Below are positions 26,401 to 34,646 of a stretch of 36,289 nt of DNA, in pieces; within the stretch, counting starts at the first letter, position 1, and every line of letters starts with the position of its first letter. The notes under the pieces were generated by a model. The model did not search any database. It had not been told where the DNA came from and saw nothing but the letters and a program-made list of their open reading frames with translations. Source of the stretch: an uncultured Vampirovibrionales bacterium. Its GTDB lineage: Bacteria; Cyanobacteriota; Vampirovibrionia; Vampirovibrionales; Vampirovibrionaceae. The translations under genes and the position numbers were made by a program. Where the stretch lies: NCBI GenBank assembly GCA_964351765.1, contig CAYGPY010000002.1, positions 1-36,289 on the forward strand. The letters are read 5' to 3'.

Positions 26401-29400
26401 GGATAAAAATAATAATGGTGTGGGATATGTTAACTTTGATACTGATGCCCGTTTGTTTACCACGAATGGTGATGCCACTTTGAGTGGTGACCGTTTGTTA
26501 CTTGATGGTGGTGCACTCAGTGGTATCTTTACCGGCACTGGTAACGTGATACTTACCGATGATGGTTCTACTGACAACGAAGATATTCAGTTGAATACTG
26601 GCTTTACTATCACTGGTCAGCAGATTACAGCCACTAGTAACCATGGCTTAAATATTTATAACAACTCCTCATTAAATTCAAACACCACAATCAGCCTAAC
26701 GGCTGCAACCGATCTCAACGCAAGCTCTGGTGATATGACAGCGGTTGGTAATATTGATGTTTTCTCAGGCAATCATCTCTATGTTAGAGGCGTGACAACC
26801 ACCACGGGTGACATTCAGCTTGTTGCTGATAATAACAACAGTAACGTGGGTAACTTCCGTATTTATGCGGGTACCAACCTCAACACCAATGGTGGTGACT
26901 TAACCGTTCGTGGTGAGAATGTTATTTTGGATGATAACATTGCCAGTGCCGGTGGTAACGTAACACTTGAAGCCGATAAAAATGGGAATGGTTCAGGTTA
27001 TGTTCAGTTCTTAAATAATTCTCAAATTAACACCGCCAACGGTCATGTAAATTTGAGTGGCGATAGATTGCTTTTATATGGCGGTGCAACCAGTGCCATT
27101 AATGCCGGTACAGGTAACGTAACGCTTACTGATGATGGTGCCACAGATAACGAAGATGTTTATCTTGCCAATGGATTCACCATTACCGGTAATCAATTAA
27201 TAGTAAATAGTAACCACGATTTTGAAGTGCGTGATCTATCGACGGTTAACATGACAGGAAACGTGACAGCAACTGCTAGTGATGATGTATTAGCCAATAC
27301 AGGTATTATTGGTTCAACGGGTGGTAATGTTCAACTCAATGCTAATGACTTAGTATACGTGGCTGAAGTAACCACAGGTGGTGGTAGTATTACCTTATCA
27401 TCAGATCACGATAATAATGGCGTGGGTAACTTTATTTTATATGACGGTAACAACATTGATAGTAATGGTGGTGCCTTATCTATTTTGGCTGAGAATATAA
27501 CAATTTACGATGATATTGATACCGATGGTGGTGTTATTACGTTAACAGCCAACCGAAACAATGCTGGTAATGGTACGTTTAACATTGAAGATAATATCAA
27601 TATTGTTTCAGGCAACGCCGATATTAACATCCGAGGTGCTGATATTGCTCTTGATGGTGTTGGTGGCGACGTTGGTGGTAGTATCAATTCGGGTACAGCC
27701 GATATTACAATTACAGAAAACGGTGTTACTGATAGCACCGATGTCTCGATTAACCGTGGCTTTGGTCTAATTGGTCGTAATATCACCATTGATAGTAATC
27801 ATGATATTGAACTCCATAATTCAGCAACCATAACAGCTTCGGGTACCGTTGACTTGGATGCTGTTGATGACATTTACTCGACTTCCGGAACCATTACCAG
27901 TGCGGGTAATATGACAGCCGATGCGGATGATTATATTCAATTAGAAAACGTAAGCGTAACGGGTTTAAACAACACCGTCTTAATGACAGCCAACAACGAT
28001 GTGCGTGTGGATAATGTAACCACCAATAGTGGTGATATTACTTTACGTGCCGATAAAGATGCCAACGGTGCAGGTAACTTCAGATTGTATGTAGGCAACG
28101 TGATTGATACCAATGGTGGTAACTTACGTCTTGAAGGGGAATATGTTCAGCTCGATGATAATGCGTTTGCCGATGGTGGTGATATTAATTTTATTGCTAA
28201 CCGAGACAATGCAGGTAACGGAACATTAACGCTAAACTCATCCTCAATCGATTCGGCCAATGGTGATATTACCCTTCAAGGTGCTGATATGTACTTTAAT
28301 GGTACAGGTGGTAACACCATGAGCGCAGGCACGGGCGATATTACCCTCATTGAAAATGGTAGTGTTGATACAACCGATTTGTACTTTACCAATGGCTATA
28401 CCGTAACAGGTCGTAATTTAACCGCAACCTCTAACCACGATATTGAAGTGCGCCTTGGGTCGCTTATCAATATGACAGGTACTGTCAATATGACGGCAGC
28501 TGATGATATCTTTGCTCAAGACGGCGACATTCGTGCCGCAGGTAATATTGACCTCTTTGCGGGTGACCATTTGTATACCCGTGAAGTGACCACAACAGCT
28601 GGTAATATCCAACTGGTTGCCGATAACAATAATGACAACGTGGGCAACCTAAGCTTTTATGCTGGTAATAATATCAATACCAATGGCGGTAATTTAACCG
28701 GCCGTGGTGAACTTGTGATTATTCAGGATGATATTATTTCTAATGGTGGTAACGTAACACTTGAAGGTGATAAAGCGGGTGACGGCACTGGCTATGTTGA
28801 TTTTTATAATGATGCTAGTATCACCACCGCTGGTGGTAATGTTCACCTGAGTGGTGACAGGTTGCTATTAGATGGCTCAGGTACGTCTGGTATTTCAGCC
28901 GGAGCCGGTAACGTTACCTTGATTGATGATGGTGCGACCAACAACGAAGACATTAGTTTAAACAATACGTTTACCATTACCGGTAACAATTTAACGGCCA
29001 CGTCTAACCACGATTTTGAAATGTATAACGATGCATCCGTAAATATGACAGGCACGGTTTTGGTTAATGCTGATTTAGATGTTGCCGCAAACTCGGGTGA
29101 TATTACCGCTGTGGGCAATATTACTTTAAATGGTGATGATGATGTTCGAGTTCGTGGTGTGGCCAGTACCAATGGTAACGTCACACTTTCTGCCGACACT
29201 GATGCCAGTGGCGTGGGTAGCTTTATTCAATACGCTGGTACCAACATTGCCGTAACTGGTGCCGGTAGAACACTTAGTATCTTGGGTGAAAACATTACGC
29301 TTTATGATGACTTATCTACCAATGGTGGTGTAATGACATTCACCGCAAACAGAAATAATGCGGGTGCAGGTACGTTTAACGTTGAAAGCAATTTAAACAT

Positions 29401-31513
29401 TACCTCTAACAACGCTAACATCAACATTAGTGGTGCTGATGTATTGCTTGATGGTGCTGGTGCTTTAACCGGTGGTGGTGTTAATTCTGGCACGGGTGAT
29501 ATCTCAGTTATCTCAAACAACCCTGCTGATGGTAATGATATTTTGCTGAACCGTGGTTATGGGCTAACAGGCCGAAACCTAACTATGAACTCCACATTTG
29601 ATGTTACGGGTTACAATGATTCAACCATTAATATGACAGGTACCGTTGATATCACAGCCGCTGATGATATTGATTTTAATGGATTGGATATTGTTGGTGC
29701 TTCTGCAATTACACTTAATTCGGGCGATCATATGAATTTCCGTGATATTACCTCAACAGGTGGCGGTAATATCACTTTAAATGCAGATTCAGATTCTAAT
29801 GATGTGGGCAACATCAACTTTGCTGCGGGTGATAACGTTATTACCAACGGCGGTGATTTAATAGCTCGTGGTGAAACCATTACATTAAGTGAGAACCTTA
29901 ATACCTTAGGTGGTGATGTAACTCTGAATGGAAACCGTAATTCGGGTGGTGGTAATGGCGTGATGGACTTTGCCAACAATGCCTTTATTAATTCTGGCAA
30001 TGGTAATGTCTTAATTACCGGTGAAAGCATGCACTTGGATGGCGGTTTAGCCAGTGGTATTGCTTCTGGCACAGGTGACATTACATTAACGGACAATGGC
30101 AACATTAACGGTAATGATATTTATATTCATCAAGGCTTTACAATGACAGGTCGTAATTTAACAGCAACAACCAACCATGATATTAATATGTATAACTCGA
30201 ACGACACCATTACAATGACCGGTGACGTTATTATGGATGCAGGTAGCACGATTGCCCTTCGAAATGTAATTGCAGGTGGCAACATTGGTATTGAAGCAGA
30301 TAGTAATATTAGGGTTTACAACAACGGCTTAACGGCAAATGGTAGCACAGGTTTAAATGGTGCTGCTGATGAAACATTAGCTGTTGTTAGTAAAGCTGGT
30401 AACATTATTGGTGATAATTTTATCACTACTGGTGCAGGTAACACACGTATTCAAGCCGGTACGTTTGATTCGATTACACCAACGTCTTATATTAACGTAA
30501 ACAACGTTCAGGCTAGTGGCAATGCAGCCTTTTACACCACCTACAGTGGTACCGGTAATGGTATTGTTGTCGATAGCAATAGTAGTGTTGCAGGCCACAT
30601 AACGGCTGCTGGATTAAATGCATCTAACTTCTGGCAAGGTGTTAACGGGGGCGTTGTGCTCGATATGGCTTCTGGAAATGCAAACACAGCACTTGTGTGG
30701 ACTAATAATGGTGGCGATATCAACGTAACTGCTCGCAACGGAAGTATCACTCAAGATTTAAGTTACGGTGCCTATGTAAATGGCAAAACGTTACGCGCCA
30801 ATGGCGCCAATGCCGATGTTAATTTACGCGCTTACGGCGGTGCTGGATCGTATATTAGCACCGGTGTGATGGCTCTTGGTGCTGGCTCCGATGTATTGGC
30901 CGAGGCCTTTGGCCAAAGTGGTGGTGGCACCTCTGTTCAGTTATTTGGACGTAGTGATGGTAACACAACTGTTCGCCGATACGGTGGCGGTGGTACTGAT
31001 GGCGATGTGTTCTTAGGTACAAATATTGGTGACCCACTCGATCTGAACGATGTGTATACCGTTTATGACACGTGGGGCAACGCCAATATTAACTCGTTAG
31101 GTGCTGTTCAAATTCACGGTAGTGTATTAGGCAATACCACTATTACTGCAACACGCTTTACAGGCCGGTACGATAAAGAAAATTTAAATGTCAGTAACAT
31201 CACCACAACCGGTGCTGGTGGCGTAGGTATCGATGCTCAGGTACTTCGAGGCAGAATTACAGGTAATAACATGAGTACCGCTGGCGGTGCCAACATGATT
31301 TTACAAGCGGGTAGCCAGTTCCCTCGTGACAAGATGAGTTATATCACGGTGACCAACGTCAACACATCAGGAAATCTAAGCATCAAAGTGGCTGGTAGTA
31401 CTACCGGTGATGGCTCAGGAAACTCTGTCGTTATTACAGGTTCCACAGGAGGTGGTACCACCGTTACCAATGAATCAGGTGGCGCAGCGATTGGCACGGT
31501 TACCACACCGTAG
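23411..31513 (+). CDS. Giant TPS-domain exoprotein (TpsA / filamentous-haemagglutinin-like), 2700 aa
   Basis: Basic and hydrophobic leader, then a TPS/haemagglutination-activity-type domain from about 23525. It reads LPTGWNVVEGNVSVDITGDIMTITSTTDTAIISYISFDLANGETINFIMPGASSSIINQVIGGNISNIAGTINANGIIGLQNTAGIQIAN. The motif GGRIIVWADESTVFKGDISATGGAVSGDGGFAEVSGK...GTLLLDPTNIDI follows. After that come tandem ~190-aa modules and a ~380-aa C-terminal module. No SD lies in front of the ATG. Confidence 0.9.
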   Translation: MGYTPRKLKHTYRRAVSAFLAMLIVFTYSAAGVLTAQALPTGWNVVEGNVSVDITGDIMTITSTTDTAIISYISFDLANGETINFIMPGASSSIINQVIGGNISNIAGTINANGIIGLQNTAGIQIANSAQINAAALLATTLNIGNFDGNSIGLMKDAGQDGAAIVNEGDINVSKYAILAGSGIANMGSIIAEDGTIHLAVGDSMTFHLSDNQSISVTIDDGIQDTIDGLNATITNSGTMEAHQVELKAKLADQVIAQAINNDGVIEATQLNNNGGTIVIEAIGGTHTVMNSGTLMATGNANQSGGAIHVLGQNITHQGATLDVSGGTGGGNILIGGDYQGKGSVQNALNTTIDENTAIKANATSAGDGGRIIVWADESTVFKGDISATGGAVSGDGGFAEVSGKQDLLFSNLASANLTATNGSTGTLLLDPTNIDIYNGAGTDTASVFYEQNLETLSLSSNIVLMADDNIRMRNLADNVLGLGANDITLTTTNLDIYFDDVNDTIRTEGGNINITAGDDIRVGRLNTTGAASNVAGGVIDVRANHDLQIRGMNAIAGITAIADNNSNNVGEFRLYAGDDINTGGSALNVQGELVRFYDDVSTSGGSITVLGDRAGDGTGFIDYAATGTDISSGGGTITMTADRILMDSATSTLSSGGGDINLIDDGVNDNEDIRLNSDFALSGRNLTVTTAQDFEMYGTSSVNMTGTVLVNADDDILANGSTVGIQAAGNVILNADDALNSGDVTSTAGTITLSADHDANGVGNATIYTTTDLDASGNDITIYGQTITLSNTAMTTNGGNMYLYGNRAGVGAGVVDFGTNAFITTGNANLTIQSDQMHLDGGASSGINVGTGTLTLTDNGAIDNNDILINGGFAITGRNLVANSNHDINLAGNSTINMTGTINMNALDEITAQGGDMTATGDINLTAGDHNYVRQVVTTTGNINIIADNNNDDVGNFTIYDGNDVDTNGGNLTVRAENIIIADDVYTDGGNIILEADKNNNGVGYVNFDTDARLFTTNGDATLSGDRLLLDGGALSGIFTGTGNVILTDDGSTDNEDIQLNTGFTITGQQITATSNHGLNIYNNSSLNSNTTISLTAATDLNASSGDMTAVGNIDVFSGNHLYVRGVTTTTGDIQLVADNNNSNVGNFRIYAGTNLNTNGGDLTVRGENVILDDNIASAGGNVTLEADKNGNGSGYVQFLNNSQINTANGHVNLSGDRLLLYGGATSAINAGTGNVTLTDDGATDNEDVYLANGFTITGNQLIVNSNHDFEVRDLSTVNMTGNVTATASDDVLANTGIIGSTGGNVQLNANDLVYVAEVTTGGGSITLSSDHDNNGVGNFILYDGNNIDSNGGALSILAENITIYDDIDTDGGVITLTANRNNAGNGTFNIEDNINIVSGNADINIRGADIALDGVGGDVGGSINSGTADITITENGVTDSTDVSINRGFGLIGRNITIDSNHDIELHNSATITASGTVDLDAVDDIYSTSGTITSAGNMTADADDYIQLENVSVTGLNNTVLMTANNDVRVDNVTTNSGDITLRADKDANGAGNFRLYVGNVIDTNGGNLRLEGEYVQLDDNAFADGGDINFIANRDNAGNGTLTLNSSSIDSANGDITLQGADMYFNGTGGNTMSAGTGDITLIENGSVDTTDLYFTNGYTVTGRNLTATSNHDIEVRLGSLINMTGTVNMTAADDIFAQDGDIRAAGNIDLFAGDHLYTREVTTTAGNIQLVADNNNDNVGNLSFYAGNNINTNGGNLTGRGELVIIQDDIISNGGNVTLEGDKAGDGTGYVDFYNDASITTAGGNVHLSGDRLLLDGSGTSGISAGAGNVTLIDDGATNNEDISLNNTFTITGNNLTATSNHDFEMYNDASVNMTGTVLVNADLDVAANSGDITAVGNITLNGDDDVRVRGVASTNGNVTLSADTDASGVGSFIQYAGTNIAVTGAGRTLSILGENITLYDDLSTNGGVMTFTANRNNAGAGTFNVESNLNITSNNANINISGADVLLDGAGALTGGGVNSGTGDISVISNNPADGNDILLNRGYGLTGRNLTMNSTFDVTGYNDSTINMTGTVDITAADDIDFNGLDIVGASAITLNSGDHMNFRDITSTGGGNITLNADSDSNDVGNINFAAGDNVITNGGDLIARGETITLSENLNTLGGDVTLNGNRNSGGGNGVMDFANNAFINSGNGNVLITGESMHLDGGLASGIASGTGDITLTDNGNINGNDIYIHQGFTMTGRNLTATTNHDINMYNSNDTITMTGDVIMDAGSTIALRNVIAGGNIGIEADSNIRVYNNGLTANGSTGLNGAADETLAVVSKAGNIIGDNFITTGAGNTRIQAGTFDSITPTSYINVNNVQASGNAAFYTTYSGTGNGIVVDSNSSVAGHITAAGLNASNFWQGVNGGVVLDMASGNANTALVWTNNGGDINVTARNGSITQDLSYGAYVNGKTLRANGANADVNLRAYGGAGSYISTGVMALGAGSDVLAEAFGQSGGGTSVQLFGRSDGNTTVRRYGGGGTDGDVFLGTNIGDPLDLNDVYTVYDTWGNANINSLGAVQIHGSVLGNTTITATRFTGRYDKENLNVSNITTTGAGGVGIDAQVLRGRITGNNMSTAGGANMILQAGSQFPRDKMSYITVTNVNTSGNLSIKVAGSTTGDGSGNSVVITGSTGGGTTVTNESGGAAIGTVTTP
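24900..30250 (+). repeat. Intragenic tandem array of about nine diverged 191-212-aa (573-636 nt) modules within the 2700-aa gene
   Basis: The in-frame anchor motif ([ST]-x-[HQF]-D after ...GRNLT..) recurs at 25481, 26063, 26636, 27209, 27794, 28430, 29003, 29591 and 30170. The spacings are 582, 573, 573, 585, 636, 573, 588 and 579 nt. One more copy lies upstream of 25481. Nucleotide identity between copies is only moderate by eye. Confidence 0.85.
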
Positions 31514-31646
31514 AATGGCTTTAAATAAAGCCAATCAGCCAGATAAGAGAATTAAAGTTCTGTCACTAGCTGCCGATACTTATTATGGTGATATATGTCC
31601 TTTTTAGGATGTATTACAGCCAATTATGCCGTTTCTAGTATCGTAA

Positions 31647-34565
31647 GTGGGTATTATGCCGTTAATACCAAAAAAATCAAGCACAAAGCTTGGTATCAAA
31701 CGATTTTGTCGTTTTCTTGCCAGTGCTATTGCGATGTTGATTGTATTTTCAGCATCGGCTTTTGCCCTGCCCACAGGTTGGAATGTGGTTGAAGGGAACG
31801 TGACGGTTGATATCACCGACAACATTATGACGATCACCAGCATCAGTGATCAAGCTATTATTAGCTACGTGAGCTTTGACTTGGCCAGTGGTGAAACCAT
31901 TAATTTTATTATGCCTGGTGCATCAAGCAGTATTATTAATAAAGTAATCGGTGGCAATATCAGTAACATCGCAGGATCCATTAACGCCAACGGAATTATC
32001 GGTCTTCAAAACACAGCAGGGATTCAGATTGCAAACACGGCTCAGATTAATGCCGCCGCCTTACTGGCCAGCACACTTAACATTGCCAATATGGACGCAA
32101 ACCGTATTGATCTAATGAAAGACCCCGGTACTAATAATGCCGGTATTTTAAACGAAGGTCAGATTGATGTAAGTCAGTTTGCCATTATTGCAGGCTCTGG
32201 CGTGGCAAATTTAGGTAGTATATTTGCAGATGATGGCACCATTCACTTGAGCGTGGGCGATAAAATGTCGTTCCATCTGAGTAACAACACCACCGTGGAT
32301 GTGGTGATTGATGAAGGTATTCATCAAGTTATTGGTAGCTTAAACACAGGCATTCACAACAAAGGGTTATTAGTCGGGCATCAAGTAGAACTTCGTGCTC
32401 GATTGGCGGACGAAGTTATTTCTCAAGCCATTAATCAAGACGGCATGATTCAAGCCACCCACTTAAACAACGAGGCAGGCTCCATTGTATTAAAAGCAGA
32501 GGGCGGCAATAATTTAGTCACCAACACAGGTATCTTATTTGCAGGAGCTTCAGCCAATGAAGATGGTAGATTAGCTACTACTAGTATTAATCAAGAAGCT
32601 GGTCGCATCACCATTCAAGGCACGGCAGCCTTGAACTCGGGCGTTGTGATTGCAACAGGGGGAATGAACGAAAAGGGCGGTACTGTTCACATGTTTGGTG
32701 ATACGGTCATTAATGATGGGTCGTTGATTGATGTATCTGGCGATATCGGTGGCGGTGAAGTCCTTATTGGTGGCGATTTTCAAGGTACAGGTGTTGCACC
32801 ACGAGCAACACTGAACGTGGCCTCTAACGATAGTATTGTCTTTGCCGATGCGATGAGTGAAGGTGATGGCGGGCGTGTTATTTTTTGGAGTGATGAAGAT
32901 ACCTTCTTTTCTGGTGGTATTTCAGCTCGCGGTGGTGTGCTTTCAGGTAACGGTGGGTTTGCTGAAGTATCGGGTAAAAAATATTTAGACATGCAGGGCG
33001 TTGCTGATTTAACGCCCGGTAACGATACAGGTGTTAAAGGAACGTTGTTACTTGATCCAACCAACATTAACATTGTGGAATTTGATCCCAATGATTTGAA
33101 TCCGGTACTGTGGCTAGACGGCAGTGACGCAAGTACCATTTCAACATCAGGATCCTTTGTTACGCAATGGCGCGATAAATCCGGCAATAATAATCACGCG
33201 AACCCACAAGCTGTCGCTAACCGACCACAAACAGGGGTAAGCAGCCTAAATGGAAACAATGTTCTTACATTTGATGGTGGTGATGATGTCCTAACGATTA
33301 CCGACCATGCTTCTTTAGATAACTCAAACGGTATGAGTTTCTTCACCGTCGTTACTCCCAAGGATAGTGATAGTAATCCTCGTGGCATCTTTGCTAAGCG
33401 TGTCAGCTCAGGTTCCCCAGCATCTCAATATGGCTATACACTTTTCTACTGGCACAGTAACCGACTTTATGCCGATTTTCATACGCAAAACAATCGATTT
33501 AACACGAGTAATGCTTACGCACCGAATAACACCTATATGCACTCAATGATTTATGACGGAACACAAACCAGTGCCCTTCGCATGAGCCTGTATGACAACA
33601 CCGTGCTCAATAGAAATGCCACGGAAAGTAGTGCAACGATTCCTGATACTGCAGCAAACTTTTACGTGGGCATGCTCAACTATAACTACGGCGCTGGCGG
33701 TCACTTGGGTGATATTGCTGAAATTCTCATTTACGGCTCGGCTTTAAACACCAATGATCGCTATTTGGTCAATCAATATCAAGCCGCCAAGTGGGGTCAA
33801 ACATTAGGGACGACACTAAATCAGTTTTCAGAAATTACCGATGGTTATTTAAAATACCTAACCGAAACGGCAGATGTGTCCTTACTTGCCGATCAAAATA
33901 TCACCATTGAAAATATGAGTGATAACTTACTGGATTTAGGAAACCGTAATCTAACCCTAACAGCCACCAACGGAAACATTGTATTTAACGATACCAATGA
34001 TGTGTTGCGCACTGAAGGTAGCAACATCACAATGACAGCCGGTGGCACCATGACTTTAGGCACCTTAAGCACGCGCGGAGCCAGTGGTGCATTAAACACA
34101 GGTAATGTACTACTCACCAACACAGCAACAAATAACATCACGTTAAACGGGGGTGCCGTTGGTGGAAATTTAACCGTTGATGGCTTTGCTGGTAGCCAAG
34201 TCGTTGTAAATAACACAACAGTGATTGGTAACACAGACATTGATATTAACGGCTCCAACGGTGATATAACCGGAACCGGCAATGTATTTACCGGAACCAG
34301 TCGACTAGACACCAACGATTATAACGGTGGAAACATCACAATGACCGGTAATTTTATTGGCGGTGTGGATCTTAACGGCGATCAACTTACCATCACGGAT
34401 ACCGTTGGTGATTTACTTGTCACAAATTTAATCAGTGGTTCACGCGTTGCAAACAGTGTTATTAGCGCCACCGCAGCAGGTGCTGATATAACCCTTAGTA
34501 CCTATGATATTGGTAGAGGTGGTGGTGGATATTTAGAAGACAATGCAAATGACAATGTTAACTAA
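31647..34565 (+). CDS. TPS-domain exoprotein paralogue, N-terminal 972-aa part, with an inserted LamG/ConA-like domain
   Basis: GTG at 31647 (or ATG at 31656). From 31767 the TPS domain is roughly 75-80% identical by eye to that of the 2700-aa protein. The shared GGFAEVSGK...GTLLLDPTNINI block is present. It ends at TAA 34563-34565, and the same frame reopens after a second TAA. Confidence 0.85.
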   Translation: MGIMPLIPKKSSTKLGIKRFCRFLASAIAMLIVFSASAFALPTGWNVVEGNVTVDITDNIMTITSISDQAIISYVSFDLASGETINFIMPGASSSIINKVIGGNISNIAGSINANGIIGLQNTAGIQIANTAQINAAALLASTLNIANMDANRIDLMKDPGTNNAGILNEGQIDVSQFAIIAGSGVANLGSIFADDGTIHLSVGDKMSFHLSNNTTVDVVIDEGIHQVIGSLNTGIHNKGLLVGHQVELRARLADEVISQAINQDGMIQATHLNNEAGSIVLKAEGGNNLVTNTGILFAGASANEDGRLATTSINQEAGRITIQGTAALNSGVVIATGGMNEKGGTVHMFGDTVINDGSLIDVSGDIGGGEVLIGGDFQGTGVAPRATLNVASNDSIVFADAMSEGDGGRVIFWSDEDTFFSGGISARGGVLSGNGGFAEVSGKKYLDMQGVADLTPGNDTGVKGTLLLDPTNINIVEFDPNDLNPVLWLDGSDASTISTSGSFVTQWRDKSGNNNHANPQAVANRPQTGVSSLNGNNVLTFDGGDDVLTITDHASLDNSNGMSFFTVVTPKDSDSNPRGIFAKRVSSGSPASQYGYTLFYWHSNRLYADFHTQNNRFNTSNAYAPNNTYMHSMIYDGTQTSALRMSLYDNTVLNRNATESSATIPDTAANFYVGMLNYNYGAGGHLGDIAEILIYGSALNTNDRYLVNQYQAAKWGQTLGTTLNQFSEITDGYLKYLTETADVSLLADQNITIENMSDNLLDLGNRNLTLTATNGNIVFNDTNDVLRTEGSNITMTAGGTMTLGTLSTRGASGALNTGNVLLTNTATNNITLNGGAVGGNLTVDGFAGSQVVVNNTTVIGNTDIDINGSNGDITGTGNVFTGTSRLDTNDYNGGNITMTGNFIGGVDLNGDQLTITDTVGDLLVTNLISGSRVANSVISATAAGADITLSTYDIGRGGGGYLEDNANDNVN
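33102..33797 (+). other. LamG / concanavalin-A-like lectin (Laminin_G_3-type) domain inserted in the neck of the second TpsA-like protein
   Basis: The start PVLWLDGSDASTISTSGSFVTQWRDKSGNNNHA and the end FYVGMLNYNYGAGGHLGDIAEILIYGSALNTNDRYLVNQYQAAKWG are the characteristic motifs of LamG-like jelly-roll domains in bacterial surface proteins. Confidence 0.7.
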
Positions 34566-34646
34566 ACCAAAGAAGCTTAACAATGGACTCTAGATGAACG
34601 TCTGGTTTTAAATTCAACCAACGGTGGCGACATTACCATCAATAAT

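Noticed and set aside
31407-31843. ORFs 31407-31607 (+), 31595-31792 (+) and 31604-31843 (-) around the junction of the two TpsA-like genes.
   Set aside because: They overlap the 3' end of the first or the 5' end of the second giant gene out of frame. The 133-nt spacer holds only a weak 7-bp hairpin (31516-31533) and no credible gene.
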